In this document: positions 46,146 to 55,752 of the stretch, one piece after another
How positions within the stretch are numbered: position 1 is the first letter of the stretch
How the letters are laid out: each line of letters starts with the position of its first letter
NCBI GenBank assembly: GCA_963841735.1
Contig: CAWJDT010000005.1
Location: 224,001-288,000 of the forward strand
DNA length: 64,000 nt
Direction of reading: 5' to 3'
Origin: an uncultured Actinomycetes bacterium
GTDB taxonomy: Bacteria; Actinomycetota; Thermoleophilia; RBG-16-64-13
Notes under the pieces: model-generated
What the model was told of the DNA's origin: nothing
Database searches by the model: none
Seen by the model: only the letters and a program-made list of their open reading frames with translations
Made by a program: the position numbers and the translations under genes

Positions 46146-47399
46146 TCACGGCGCCGTGACCGCCGAAGTTGTGGGGTGCGGTGTACTCTGCCAGACCACC
46201 TTGCCGGTGGTGTCGATATAGGCCTTCGCAAACGCGGCTCCGGGTCGCCCTTGCACCAGGGCGAGACCACCGGAAAAGGCCCAGGCATAGTGATACTGCG
46301 GCTCGACCACCACGGCGCCCGTCGTGTCAATGTATCCGTATCTCGTCACCCCGCCCTCCCGCGTCTCGACCGCGGCAAGGCCTTCGGAGAAGTCGTACGT
46401 CATAGAGTATTGCGGCTGTATGGCCATCGTTCCGGTACGATCCATGTAGCCGTGCCCTCTCTCGCCCCCAACCGCGGCAAGGCCTTCGGCGAAGCGAGAG
46501 CTCTGTTCGAACCGGGGCTCGATGACGAATGCACCGGTAGCGTCGATGAAACCCCATTTGTCTTCGGCCATGACCGCCGCGAGCCCTTCGGAAAAAGACT
46601 CCGCGTCGTCAAACTGGGCCTCGATCACCCAGGCCCCCGTCTTGTCGATGTAGCCATACTTGGTCACGTCGCCGTCCAAAACCGCCACAGCGGCAAGCCC
46701 CTCGGAGAAAGCGGCGGCTTCCTCAAAGTGCACCTTGACCACCCGCTTGCCGGTGGTGTTCATATAGCCCCACTTGCCCTTGTCAGACACCGCCGCCAGT
46801 CCCTCCGAGAACGGCTCCACATAGTTGGAGTCAGGCTCGATAACAAACTGCCCTGTCTTGTCGATGAAACCCGTGGCATTGTCGGCGAGAGTCACGAGCG
46901 CGAGACCGTCGGAGAAGGGGTACGCGAACGCGTACTGCGGCTCGACCACCACGGTCCCGGTCAAGTCGATGAACCCCCACTTTGAGTCCACGGTCACAAC
47001 CGCGAGACCCTCGTAGAAAGGTTCGGCGTACTGAAAGCGCGGCTCGATGGCCACTTTGCCCGTCTTGTCGATATAGCCGTAGGTGCCGGTGGCATCATCC
47101 AGAACCGGGAAGAGCGGCCCCGCGGCAGGGGTGATACCGTCCGAGACGGTGGTTGTGACGGGGGCCAACGCGCCGCCGGCAGCAGTGGAGCCGTCATCCC
47201 TCAGGGCGTAGTAGACGCCGCCGCCGATGGCGGCCACCGTGATCACGATACCCAGGCCCCAGAGCAGCAGCCTTCCACGGCGTCCCAAGAAGCGAGGCTC
47301 CTTGGTGACCGACAGCTCCGCGGCGCCCTTGGATTCACCGGTCACCAGCTTCTGGCCCTCAGGCGGCGCGTCTTGTCTCAACAGAGTGGTTCTCCTCAC
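46146..47399 (-). CDS. WG-repeat membrane-anchored protein
   Basis: TM anchor followed by multiple WG repeats; start uncertain. Confidence 0.85.
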   Translation of the reverse strand: MRRTTLLRQDAPPEGQKLVTGESKGAAELSVTKEPRFLGRRGRLLLWGLGIVITVAAIGGGVYYALRDDGSTAAGGALAPVTTTVSDGITPAAGPLFPVLDDATGTYGYIDKTGKVAIEPRFQYAEPFYEGLAVVTVDSKWGFIDLTGTVVVEPQYAFAYPFSDGLALVTLADNATGFIDKTGQFVIEPDSNYVEPFSEGLAAVSDKGKWGYMNTTGKRVVKVHFEEAAAFSEGLAAVAVLDGDVTKYGYIDKTGAWVIEAQFDDAESFSEGLAAVMAEDKWGFIDATGAFVIEPRFEQSSRFAEGLAAVGGERGHGYMDRTGTMAIQPQYSMTYDFSEGLAAVETREGGVTRYGYIDTTGAVVVEPQYHYAWAFSGGLALVQGRPGAAFAKAYIDTTGKVVWQSTPHPTTSAVTAP

Positions 47400-47523
47400 G
47401 GTTATGCGCGGCCGGAGCCCGCCCTCCTCAGCGTAGGCTTAAACGCTACCTGCAGGCGACGACGCGGTCAAGGCCGGCGCGTACTGCATTCTTCGCCCGC
47501 CAGACCACTTCTGGTGGCCCACC

Positions 47524-48876
47524 TCACATGCGTGGACCAGAAGGCGGCACCCACTGCTGCGAGAACACGAACTCGCCGGTCAGGTCGATGTAGCCCTGCT
47601 GGCCATCCATCCACACCTGGGCGAGCGCGCCCTCGAACGGAGAGGCCCCCGTGTACCGCGGCGATATCACCCACGCACCCGTCGTATCGATGTAGCCGAA
47701 GAGATACGGGTTGTCATCGGCGCTGACGCGGTCTTTCTTCACCGCCATCCCCGCCACAGCGAGACCCTCCGAGAACAGGCCGGCCCTGGCGAACTGTGGG
47801 TCGATCGCCCAGGCCCCGGTCTTGTCGATGTAGCCCCACTTGCCACCGGAACAGACCGCGGCGAGTCCCTCAGAGAAGTCGCCGGCATCCTGGAACTGCG
47901 GTTCGATGACCCTGGCGCCGGTGGTGTCGATCCAGCCGGATCCTTTGCCATCGACGCGGACAAGAGCAAGCCCCTCCCGGAACGACTGCGCATCTTCGTA
48001 CTGCGGCTCGATCACTTCCGCGCCCGTCTTGTCGATGAAACCCCACAGCCAGGTGTTCTCGGAGGGGTGAGCGCACACGACCGCGAGGCCTTCCGAGAAG
48101 GGTAGGGCATAACCGTACCGCGGCTCCACCAGCACCTTGCCGATCTTGTCGATGAAGCCTATCAGATTGCCCGTCTGCACCATCCCGATGCCCTCAGAGA
48201 AGCCATCGGCATAGTCCCATTCCTCTCTGGGCTCGATGACCCACTCACCCATCTTGTCGACGAACCCGCACTTGTTTAGATCATCGTCCGAGCTGTATCC
48301 CGCCCCGGCTAGACCCTCAGCGAACGGCGACACCACCTGGAACTCCGGCGGGATGACCCAGGCTCCGGTCTTGTCGATAAAGCCGTACCGGCCACCCGGC
48401 TCTTGGGCGGGGGCAAGTCCCTCCGAAAAGGCCAGAACCCATTCGAAACGCGGTTCGATGGCCCAGGCGCCGGTAGTGTCGACGAAACCCCACAAGGGCG
48501 GACCCACCTCCAAGTCGCCCCCGGCCACCGAGACCACCGCGGCAGCCAGACCGTCGACGAAGACGGGCTGCTCCACAAACCGCGGCTCGATCACGATGGT
48601 GCCGGTGTTGTCGATGAAGCCCCACTTCTCGTCCACCTGGACAGGGTAGAGCGCGACGTCCTCCGTCTGAGCGTCCCCCTGAGTCTTCTGGGGGTCAGAA
48701 CTCGCGGTGTCAACAAGACCCGCCACGGCAGTAGTGGTGGTAGCCGCGTCCGCGACGGTGGTGATGGTGCTTCCTGTGGCCACAGCACCGCCGGAGGAAT
48801 CACAGCCGGCGACCCATAGTCCCAAGGCGGCGGCGATAAGTGCAGCGGCAGCAAGAAGATGGAATCTGGGCACCAT
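47524..48876 (-). CDS. WG-repeat lipoprotein
   Basis: Lipobox VAGC; WG repeats; TAATG overlap with the upstream gene. Confidence 0.85.
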   Translation of the reverse strand: MVPRFHLLAAAALIAAALGLWVAGCDSSGGAVATGSTITTVADAATTTTAVAGLVDTASSDPQKTQGDAQTEDVALYPVQVDEKWGFIDNTGTIVIEPRFVEQPVFVDGLAAAVVSVAGGDLEVGPPLWGFVDTTGAWAIEPRFEWVLAFSEGLAPAQEPGGRYGFIDKTGAWVIPPEFQVVSPFAEGLAGAGYSSDDDLNKCGFVDKMGEWVIEPREEWDYADGFSEGIGMVQTGNLIGFIDKIGKVLVEPRYGYALPFSEGLAVVCAHPSENTWLWGFIDKTGAEVIEPQYEDAQSFREGLALVRVDGKGSGWIDTTGARVIEPQFQDAGDFSEGLAAVCSGGKWGYIDKTGAWAIDPQFARAGLFSEGLAVAGMAVKKDRVSADDNPYLFGYIDTTGAWVISPRYTGASPFEGALAQVWMDGQQGYIDLTGEFVFSQQWVPPSGPRM

Positions 48877-50204
48877 TACTCGACCTCCCCTTTCGTGTCC
48901 TCTACTGACGCGCCCGGCCAGATCACCTTGCCGGTCGAATCGATGTAGCGGTATTTGTCCGTGGGATACGACATGCCCCAGTCCGGGATCTCGTCGTACC
49001 AAGGCATGACCATAGCCAGCCCTCCGGAGAAGGAGTCACCAATATAGTACCGCGGCTCGATGACCCACGCGCCGGTCTTGTCGATGTACCCGACGCGGCT
49101 CGGGTGGGCGGAGTCGTTGGCGATGTCCAGGGAAACCACGGCTCTGCCCTCGGAGAAGTCGCGCGCAAAGTCGAACCGCGGCTCGATGGCCCAAGCACCG
49201 GTCTTGTCGAGGTAGCCCCACTTGCGAAGGGTATAGGTCTTCTTGGTGTCCACCCACATGGAGGCCACACCTTCGGAGAAGTGCAGATCCCATCCAACGA
49301 GCTCCTCGGGCGAGTCCAGCTTGAACACCCAAGCGCCCGTCCGGTCCACACAGCCGCTCGTGTACCCGTCGGAGATACTCCAATCGCTCACAAAAGCCAG
49401 CCCCTCGGAGAACCCGTACGCTTGGACAAGCCGCGGCTGGATGACCCAGGCGCCGGTCTTGTCGATGTAGCCCCAGCGGAGGATGTCGTTCGCGTCAGGC
49501 ACCCGGACGGCGGCGAGGCCCTCGGAAAAAGAACGAGCGTAGTCGAAGCGCGGCTGGACCACCCAGGCGCCGGTCTTGTCGATGAAACCGTAGCGCCTGT
49601 TGCCCTGTGCGTCCCACCCGGATGCGAGCGCAAGGCCCTCGGAGAAGGGCTCGGCGTCGTCGAACCGCGGCTCGATGGCCCAAGCGCCGGTCTTGTCGAT
49701 GTAGCCATGGTTGGGGGTACCGTCGGCGTTGTATTCGTCAATCAGGGCCAGGCCCTCCGTGAACGCCCCCAGGCCCTCCCCAAACCGTGGCTCGATGACC
49801 CAGGCGCCGGTCTTGTCGATGTAGCCCCACTTGCACGAACTTTGACTTTCGCCCGCCCCCGCGCGGCCGAGCCCCTCCGAGAACGTTTCGGCTCTCTGGA
49901 ACAGGGGTTCGATGACCATGATGCCACTGCCATCGATGTAGCCCATCTTGTCGCCCACGCCCACCGGGTGAAGATCCTCGTCGCTCAGCATGACGGTGCT
50001 CTGAGTAGTAGTGCTGGGGTCGGTGTTGGGAGCGGCGGCTGCCGTGCTCGACTGGACGCCCGGCTGGACGCTCTGCGTGGTTGTGACGGCGGGCTCGCCC
50101 GACTCGCAGCCCCCGGCTCCCAGTAGCCCCACGGCCAGGACAAGAGCCGCGATCGGCATCCCCAAACCACTGGCGAAGGGCAGATGGCTCGTGCGATTCC
50201 ACAT
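48876..50204 (-). CDS. WG-repeat lipoprotein
   Basis: Lipobox AGGC; repeated GYIDKTGAWVIEPRF. Confidence 0.85.
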   Translation of the reverse strand: MWNRTSHLPFASGLGMPIAALVLAVGLLGAGGCESGEPAVTTTQSVQPGVQSSTAAAAPNTDPSTTTQSTVMLSDEDLHPVGVGDKMGYIDGSGIMVIEPLFQRAETFSEGLGRAGAGESQSSCKWGYIDKTGAWVIEPRFGEGLGAFTEGLALIDEYNADGTPNHGYIDKTGAWAIEPRFDDAEPFSEGLALASGWDAQGNRRYGFIDKTGAWVVQPRFDYARSFSEGLAAVRVPDANDILRWGYIDKTGAWVIQPRLVQAYGFSEGLAFVSDWSISDGYTSGCVDRTGAWVFKLDSPEELVGWDLHFSEGVASMWVDTKKTYTLRKWGYLDKTGAWAIEPRFDFARDFSEGRAVVSLDIANDSAHPSRVGYIDKTGAWVIEPRYYIGDSFSGGLAMVMPWYDEIPDWGMSYPTDKYRYIDSTGKVIWPGASVEDTKGEVE

Positions 50205-50315
50205 GTCTACCCCTCCGATCATGCTATTCCCCAACGTGATAGCCGATTGGACTGATCCTACTCGCACCAGGTTTCCCCCGGCCGCGCGCGACTCGGGCGA
50301 CGCCGCTCCGCCCGC

Positions 50316-52946
50316 CTACTCCTCCCAGGCTATCAACGGCAATTCATTGGGGATAAGCACGTCGTCGTTGCGCGGCAGCACCCGCACCGTATATCCGTGC
50401 GTACCCGAGGTCCGGCCGGCCACCATCCCCCGATAGACGTGCTCGCCGTGCTCACACTCCGCCCAGGTGAGCGGAGTGCCTCGGCCGTTGCGCAGCCCTC
50501 CGTCGGGACGGAGACGACTGGTGTAGACCTCCACGACGACTTCCGAAGGATCCAGGCAGCCCAGGGCCACTTTGGCGGTCACCTCGAACTCCTCGCCTGC
50601 CCTCACCACCGAGCCGTCCCTACCGTCCACCCAGGTGACTCTCACGTCACACCAAACGTCGCGCACCCGCGACTTCCAGGCGGAGATCTCCTTTGCCTTG
50701 GCGAAGCCATCGGCAGACACCTGCCTATAGCGCGCGGCCGCCGGCAGATAGAACTGCTCGGCATATTGCCTCACCATGCGGTCGCCCGAAAAGACGGGAG
50801 CCAGCGCCCCTATGGACTTCTTCATCATCGCGATCCAGCCTCGCGGCAGCCCGTCCTCGTCGCGCTGGTAGAAGAGGGGAACCACTTCCCGCTCCAACAG
50901 CGTGTATAGAGAATCGGCTTCGATCTCGTCCTGGTAATCCGAATGGGCGAATTCCTGGCCGTCGCCTATCGCCCAGCCCACGCCCGGCCGGTAGCCTTCG
51001 ACCCACCAACCGTCTAGGACGGACAGATTGAGGCCGCCGTTGGGCACCACTTTCATGCCGCTGGTGCCGCAGGCCTCGTATGGACGGCGGGGGGTGTTGA
51101 GCCACACGTCGGCCCCTTGCACCAGCAGACCGGCCTTGCGCAGATCGTAGTCTTCGACGAAGACAACGTGGTCGCTGAGGCCCTCCCGGTTGACCGTCTC
51201 GAGCATCTCTCGGATGAAATCCTTGCCCGCGCCATCCCGGGGATGGGCTTTGCCGGCCATGACAAACTGCACCGGCCGTTCTTCGTTTAGGACTATGGCC
51301 TTGAGCCGCTCGACGTCATGAAGCAAGAGCGTGGCCCGCTTGTAGGTAGCGAAGCGCCGCGCGAAACCGATGGTGAGAATGTCGCCTCGCAGCGGCAAGT
51401 GCGCGAGTGGCTCTCTCCCCCGCCCGGCCCGGTGGCCGCGGGCCTGGGCCTGAGCCTGCGCTTGGGCGTAGGCCACCAGCCGCTCCCGCAGGGCAACGTG
51501 CGTCCGCCACAACTCCTCGTCGGGGATGCCGGCCACCCGCTCCCAGGACCCGGGAACCGAGGCATCAAACCGCCACTCAGCGCCCAGGTGCCGGTCGTAC
51601 AGATCGGCCATCTCGTGTGCCACCCAGGTCTGGGTATGCACCCCATTGGTGACCGATTCGATCGGCATCTCCGACCGGGGAAAGTGCGCCCAACCGGGCT
51701 TCATCATGTCGGCGGTGGTGCGGCGGTGGAGGCGGCTCACGGCGTTACGGCGAGGCGAATGGCGTAGCGCCATCACCGCTACGTTGAACTCCTCTTCCGT
51801 ATTCTCCCGGTTGGTCTGCCCGATGTTCATGAAGCGTTCGACATCGAGCCCCATGTCCTTGATATACGTGGCCAGATGACTCTCGATGAGCGGCGCCGAA
51901 AAGAGGTCGAAGCCCGCCGGTACCGGCGTGTGCGTGGTGAACAGGGTTCCCGCCCCGGTCCCCTGGCGGGCCTCGAGGAACGACAAACCATACTCGACCA
52001 TGACGGCGCGGATGCGCTCCAGACTGGCAAACACCGAGTGCCCCTCGTTTAGGTGACAGACGTCGGGGCTGACGCCCAAGGCCTTGAGAGCCCTCATTCC
52101 GCCGATGCCCAGCAACAGCTCCTGAGAGAGCCGCTCTTCCGGTCCGCCCCCGTACAGCTCATCGGTCATGCGCTGCGCCGCGTGGTCGTTCTCGGGCAGG
52201 GCGCTGTCGAGCAGGTACAGACTGATGCGACCCACCTGTGCCCGCCACACCCGAGCCCAGACCAGACGGTCGGCGATCTCCACCGCCACCTTGAGAGGCT
52301 CGGCCAACTCGGCCGGAGTCGCCGGTTCGGCGCCCGGAGCGGCTGCCGGGTTCAACGATGTGCCCGTTGGCGGCCAACTCTCCCCTACCATCACAGGCAG
52401 GACGGGCAGAGTGCTGAAGTCGTGCCCGCGGTACTCCTCCTGCTGCCAGCCCTCCTGGTCGAGCTGCTGGATGAAGTAGCCTTTGTTGTAGAGAAGACCC
52501 ACGGCCACCAGGGGCAACCCCAGCCCACTCGCCGACTTGAGATGATCGCCGGCCAGCACGCCCAATCCCCCGGAGTATATGGGCAGGCAGGCAGTCAAGC
52601 CATACTCCATGCAGAAGTAGGCCACGCACGTATCTGCCCGGCCCGGATGGTTCGACTGAAACCATCCCGGCTGTGCCAAATAGCGATGAAGATCGTCCAG
52701 AGCCTCATCCAAAAGGGCCAGGTAGGCTTCGTCCCCAGCGGCCTGCTTCAACCGCTCCCGTGACACCCGCCGGAGCAGTGACACCGGGTTGTCCCCGCAC
52801 TTCTCCATAAGCACTGGGTCAAGGCGCCGGAACGCCTCCTGGGCCCGAGCCTCCCAGGTCCAACGAAGGTTGTGGGCCAACTCTTCTAGCCCGCTGAGTC
52901 GTTCGGGAATATCTGGATGCACATTGAACTGATGGATCTTGGGCAA
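50316..52946 (-). CDS. glgP: Alpha-glucan (glycogen) phosphorylase
   Basis: YSGGLGVLAGDHLK, HLNEGH, FARRFATYKRA, EACGTSGMK PLP site. Confidence 0.95.
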   Translation of the reverse strand: MPKIHQFNVHPDIPERLSGLEELAHNLRWTWEARAQEAFRRLDPVLMEKCGDNPVSLLRRVSRERLKQAAGDEAYLALLDEALDDLHRYLAQPGWFQSNHPGRADTCVAYFCMEYGLTACLPIYSGGLGVLAGDHLKSASGLGLPLVAVGLLYNKGYFIQQLDQEGWQQEEYRGHDFSTLPVLPVMVGESWPPTGTSLNPAAAPGAEPATPAELAEPLKVAVEIADRLVWARVWRAQVGRISLYLLDSALPENDHAAQRMTDELYGGGPEERLSQELLLGIGGMRALKALGVSPDVCHLNEGHSVFASLERIRAVMVEYGLSFLEARQGTGAGTLFTTHTPVPAGFDLFSAPLIESHLATYIKDMGLDVERFMNIGQTNRENTEEEFNVAVMALRHSPRRNAVSRLHRRTTADMMKPGWAHFPRSEMPIESVTNGVHTQTWVAHEMADLYDRHLGAEWRFDASVPGSWERVAGIPDEELWRTHVALRERLVAYAQAQAQAQARGHRAGRGREPLAHLPLRGDILTIGFARRFATYKRATLLLHDVERLKAIVLNEERPVQFVMAGKAHPRDGAGKDFIREMLETVNREGLSDHVVFVEDYDLRKAGLLVQGADVWLNTPRRPYEACGTSGMKVVPNGGLNLSVLDGWWVEGYRPGVGWAIGDGQEFAHSDYQDEIEADSLYTLLEREVVPLFYQRDEDGLPRGWIAMMKKSIGALAPVFSGDRMVRQYAEQFYLPAAARYRQVSADGFAKAKEISAWKSRVRDVWCDVRVTWVDGRDGSVVRAGEEFEVTAKVALGCLDPSEVVVEVYTSRLRPDGGLRNGRGTPLTWAECEHGEHVYRGMVAGRTSGTHGYTVRVLPRNDDVLIPNELPLIAWEE

Positions 52947-53029
52947 GGCCGCTCGATTCTTCTCCGCCGCCCAGGACGTCTTTCGGCTAGGACTTGCACA
53001 TTATCCCACACGAGGAATCGCCGGCCCCA

Positions 53030-53215
53030 GAAACACCAAAGCCCCGCGCTGCGACGGGGCTTTGGATTGGGGGGCCTCTATCTGCTGCCAGTGTGCACTG
53101 GGATTCCTGAACGTCGCCTGAACGCGTCTAGCCGAGCAAGGGTTCGCGGTACTGCCCTCCGCCGGCACGCCCTGGGGCTCGCTTCAGCTTTCCTACGCCT
53201 TTGCCGACCACTAAA
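53030..53215 (-). ncRNA. Candidate small RNA (possibly 6S/Ms1-like)
   Basis: Terminator lying between divergent genes, no convincing ORF; 5' end is a guess. Confidence 0.35.
53036..53065 (-). terminator. Intrinsic terminator of a minus-strand transcript
   Basis: CCAAAGCCCCG/CGGGGCTTTGG 11-bp stem followed by TGTTTCT on the minus strand. Confidence 0.7.
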
Positions 53216-53349
53216 CAGTGCGTGAACGAATCGCGCGCGCTTCCACCCAGGTCGCGCGCGTTGTTGCTCAAGTCCCGAAGTTCATATAGAGAGGAACCAA
53301 CATAGCCCGCCACAGCATCCTCAAAGCCACCCTGGCCGATGCCGAGGCG

Positions 53350-54906
53350 GTGGGCATCCCAGCAAGTATCTTTGCGCGCCGCTGGTTCATCCTCTGCACA
53401 CTCTGCGGTAGCCTGCTTTCGGTGATGATCGCCAACGGCGGGCTGAATCTGGCTCTCCCGGCTATCGCCACCGAGCTGAAGCTGGGATCGCTGGCCCTCA
53501 CCTGGGTGGTCGAGATCTATTCGCTTCTGTTCGCCGCCCTCCTCTTCACGTTCGCCGCGGTGAGTGACCGATACGGCCGCAAGGCGGTCATGCAGGCCGG
53601 GCTGCTGCTGTTTGTGTTCAGTTCGCTCTACGCAGGCCTGCTGGCCTCGAGCGGAACGGAGCTGATCCTAGCTCGCGCCGTTATGGGAGTCGGGGGAGCG
53701 ATGGTCATGCCCACCACCCTCTCTGTCATAAACGTGGTCTTTCCACCGCAAGAGAGACCGCGGGCCGTAGCCATCTGGACGGGGATCGCAGGGGTAGGGA
53801 TGATGCTCGGCTTCGTGATCGGCGGGGTACTCCTGGACCACCTCGGCTGGGAGTCCACCTTCTTCCTCAGCGCCGGGGTAGCGGTGGTCACCCTAGTCTG
53901 CAACCAATTCCTCGTCAAGGAGTCTCACGACCAGAGACGCACCCCAGTGGATTGGCTCGGCGGTTTGCTCTCCGCCACCGGCCTTCTCGGACTCGTCTAC
54001 GGCATCATGGAGGCCCCCTCTCGCGGCCTTGGCGACCACTGGGTGCTCCTGGGCCTGATCGCGGGCGTCGTGTGCCTATCCAGTTTCGTGCTCTGGCAGC
54101 GCCGGACTACACACCCTATGCTGGATGTGCGCCTGTTCAAACAGAAGGCCTTCGGCATCTCGGCCCTAGTGGTGACACTGGCGTTCTTTGCCTTGGCGGG
54201 CGTCTTCTTCGGGGTAAGCCAGTTGTTCATGCTGGTAATGGGTTTCGGGGCCTTCAAGACCTCTTTGGCCATCATCCCCATGATGATGCCCATGCTCATA
54301 CTCTCGCCGCTTGTTCCCTTCCTGGCAGCGCGCATCGGAAGCCGCTGGACCGTAGCCGCGGGCCTGGTCATGGTCGCCGGGGGCTTCATCATCATGGCCC
54401 AGTGGCCCACGGTGCCCTCGCTCGGGCAGGTCTACCAAGGCATGTTGGTGTTGGCTGCCGGGCTGGCCTTCGCTATGACCCCCGCGACGAGCCTGATGAT
54501 GTCGGCAGTCCCGCGCTCACGCTCGGGCATGGGAGCGGCGATGAACGACACCACCCGTGAACTCGGCGCGGCTCTCGGTATAGCCGTGCTCGGCGCCATC
54601 CTGAGCTCCGGATATACCGACAAGATCGGCTCCGTCCTGGGGTTCCTGCCCGAACAGGCACGCCCACTGGTGCAGAAGTCACTCGCCGGTGCTCTAGCCC
54701 TAGCGGGACAGGGCGGCGACGCAGGAGCTCAACTGGCGCTTGTGGCTAGGACCGCCTGGATGGACACCCTCAAGTTCTCCATGGTAGTCGCGGCGATCAT
54801 CTGCGCCGTCTCAGCCGCCATCGCCGCCATCTGGATGCCACACCGCGAGAGGTGGGCGGCCCCGGATTCTCTCCCGGCGACAGAGGAAACACCCGTCGCT
54901 GAGTAG
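53350..54906 (+). CDS. MFS efflux transporter, DHA2 family
   Basis: SDRYGRK, RAVMGVGGAMVMP, PMLDVRLF, about 14 TM helices. Confidence 0.92.
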   Translation: MGIPASIFARRWFILCTLCGSLLSVMIANGGLNLALPAIATELKLGSLALTWVVEIYSLLFAALLFTFAAVSDRYGRKAVMQAGLLLFVFSSLYAGLLASSGTELILARAVMGVGGAMVMPTTLSVINVVFPPQERPRAVAIWTGIAGVGMMLGFVIGGVLLDHLGWESTFFLSAGVAVVTLVCNQFLVKESHDQRRTPVDWLGGLLSATGLLGLVYGIMEAPSRGLGDHWVLLGLIAGVVCLSSFVLWQRRTTHPMLDVRLFKQKAFGISALVVTLAFFALAGVFFGVSQLFMLVMGFGAFKTSLAIIPMMMPMLILSPLVPFLAARIGSRWTVAAGLVMVAGGFIIMAQWPTVPSLGQVYQGMLVLAAGLAFAMTPATSLMMSAVPRSRSGMGAAMNDTTRELGAALGIAVLGAILSSGYTDKIGSVLGFLPEQARPLVQKSLAGALALAGQGGDAGAQLALVARTAWMDTLKFSMVVAAIICAVSAAIAAIWMPHRERWAAPDSLPATEETPVAE

Positions 54907-54984
54907 GCCGAATCCCACCCGATCCATATAGCCGCCCCAGGCAAGAAGGGCCCAGCTCTTCTTGCGAACACACTGACGCTACAA

Positions 54985-55620
54985 CTAGCGGATGCCCAGA
55001 AGCTTGTGAATCTGCAGCGAGAGACGCCACTCAGGGTGAGCCATCACCAAGGCGATGGCCCGCTTGGCGGAGTTGGTGTCGCCGGGGATCGTGCCACTCT
55101 CGGGCTGGATGAAGACCGTCGCCTCGGGGCACGACGCTGCCACCCGCTCGGCGGTGACAGCGTCGAGGCTATCGTCCGCTACCAGTTTCAGCTCGTCCAC
55201 CCGTCCGCACCAACCCGGTGCCACCCTATATAGAGGAGCCTTGGGACTTACGGTGACCCAGTCGAAGTCCACACCGGCTTCTGCCGGGGGAGCCAGCGTG
55301 CCATTCGTCTCCACGTGGACACGAATCTCGCGGCGATGCGCTTCGGCCAGCAACTCCACCACACCCTCGGCCTGCAATAGTGGTTCACCACCGGTAAGAC
55401 ACAGCCGGGCCAGCCGCGAGCGGCACACTATCTCGCCGAAACTCAGCTCTTCCCCCGCGCCGGGATCCCAGCTCTCCCGCGTGTCGCACCAGCGGGTGCA
55501 GGCCAGTTGCAGTTCGGGCGCGTTACACCCGACCAGCCGTACAAACGTCATGGGAGTGCCGGTCCAGAAGCCTTCGCCCTGAAGCGAATCGAAGATCTCA
55601 AGCACACGGAGAGTGGCCAT
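54985..55620 (-). CDS. queE: 7-carboxy-7-deazaguanine synthase (radical SAM)
   Basis: EIFDSLQGEG, FVRLVGC, LTGGEPL, ETNGT, VSPK, WRLSLQIHK. Confidence 0.9.
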   Translation of the reverse strand: MATLRVLEIFDSLQGEGFWTGTPMTFVRLVGCNAPELQLACTRWCDTRESWDPGAGEELSFGEIVCRSRLARLCLTGGEPLLQAEGVVELLAEAHRREIRVHVETNGTLAPPAEAGVDFDWVTVSPKAPLYRVAPGWCGRVDELKLVADDSLDAVTAERVAASCPEATVFIQPESGTIPGDTNSAKRAIALVMAHPEWRLSLQIHKLLGIR

Positions 55621-55752
55621 GGGGTCTCGCTGTTCGGGGGTCATATGGCCCCACGATCTTATCCGTGCGTTGGCAACGCTGCAACCATCTACCCTAGAGT
55701 GGGTTGCGTTGACATCCCCGTGTCGGCCAGCTAGAATGCCCCAGCAAAAAAA

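Noticed and set aside
45134-50204. Regularly spaced repeats (e.g. GCCGGTCTTGTCGATGTAGCC) resembling a CRISPR array
   Set aside because: They are in-frame WG protein repeats, degenerate at third codon positions, and no cas genes are present
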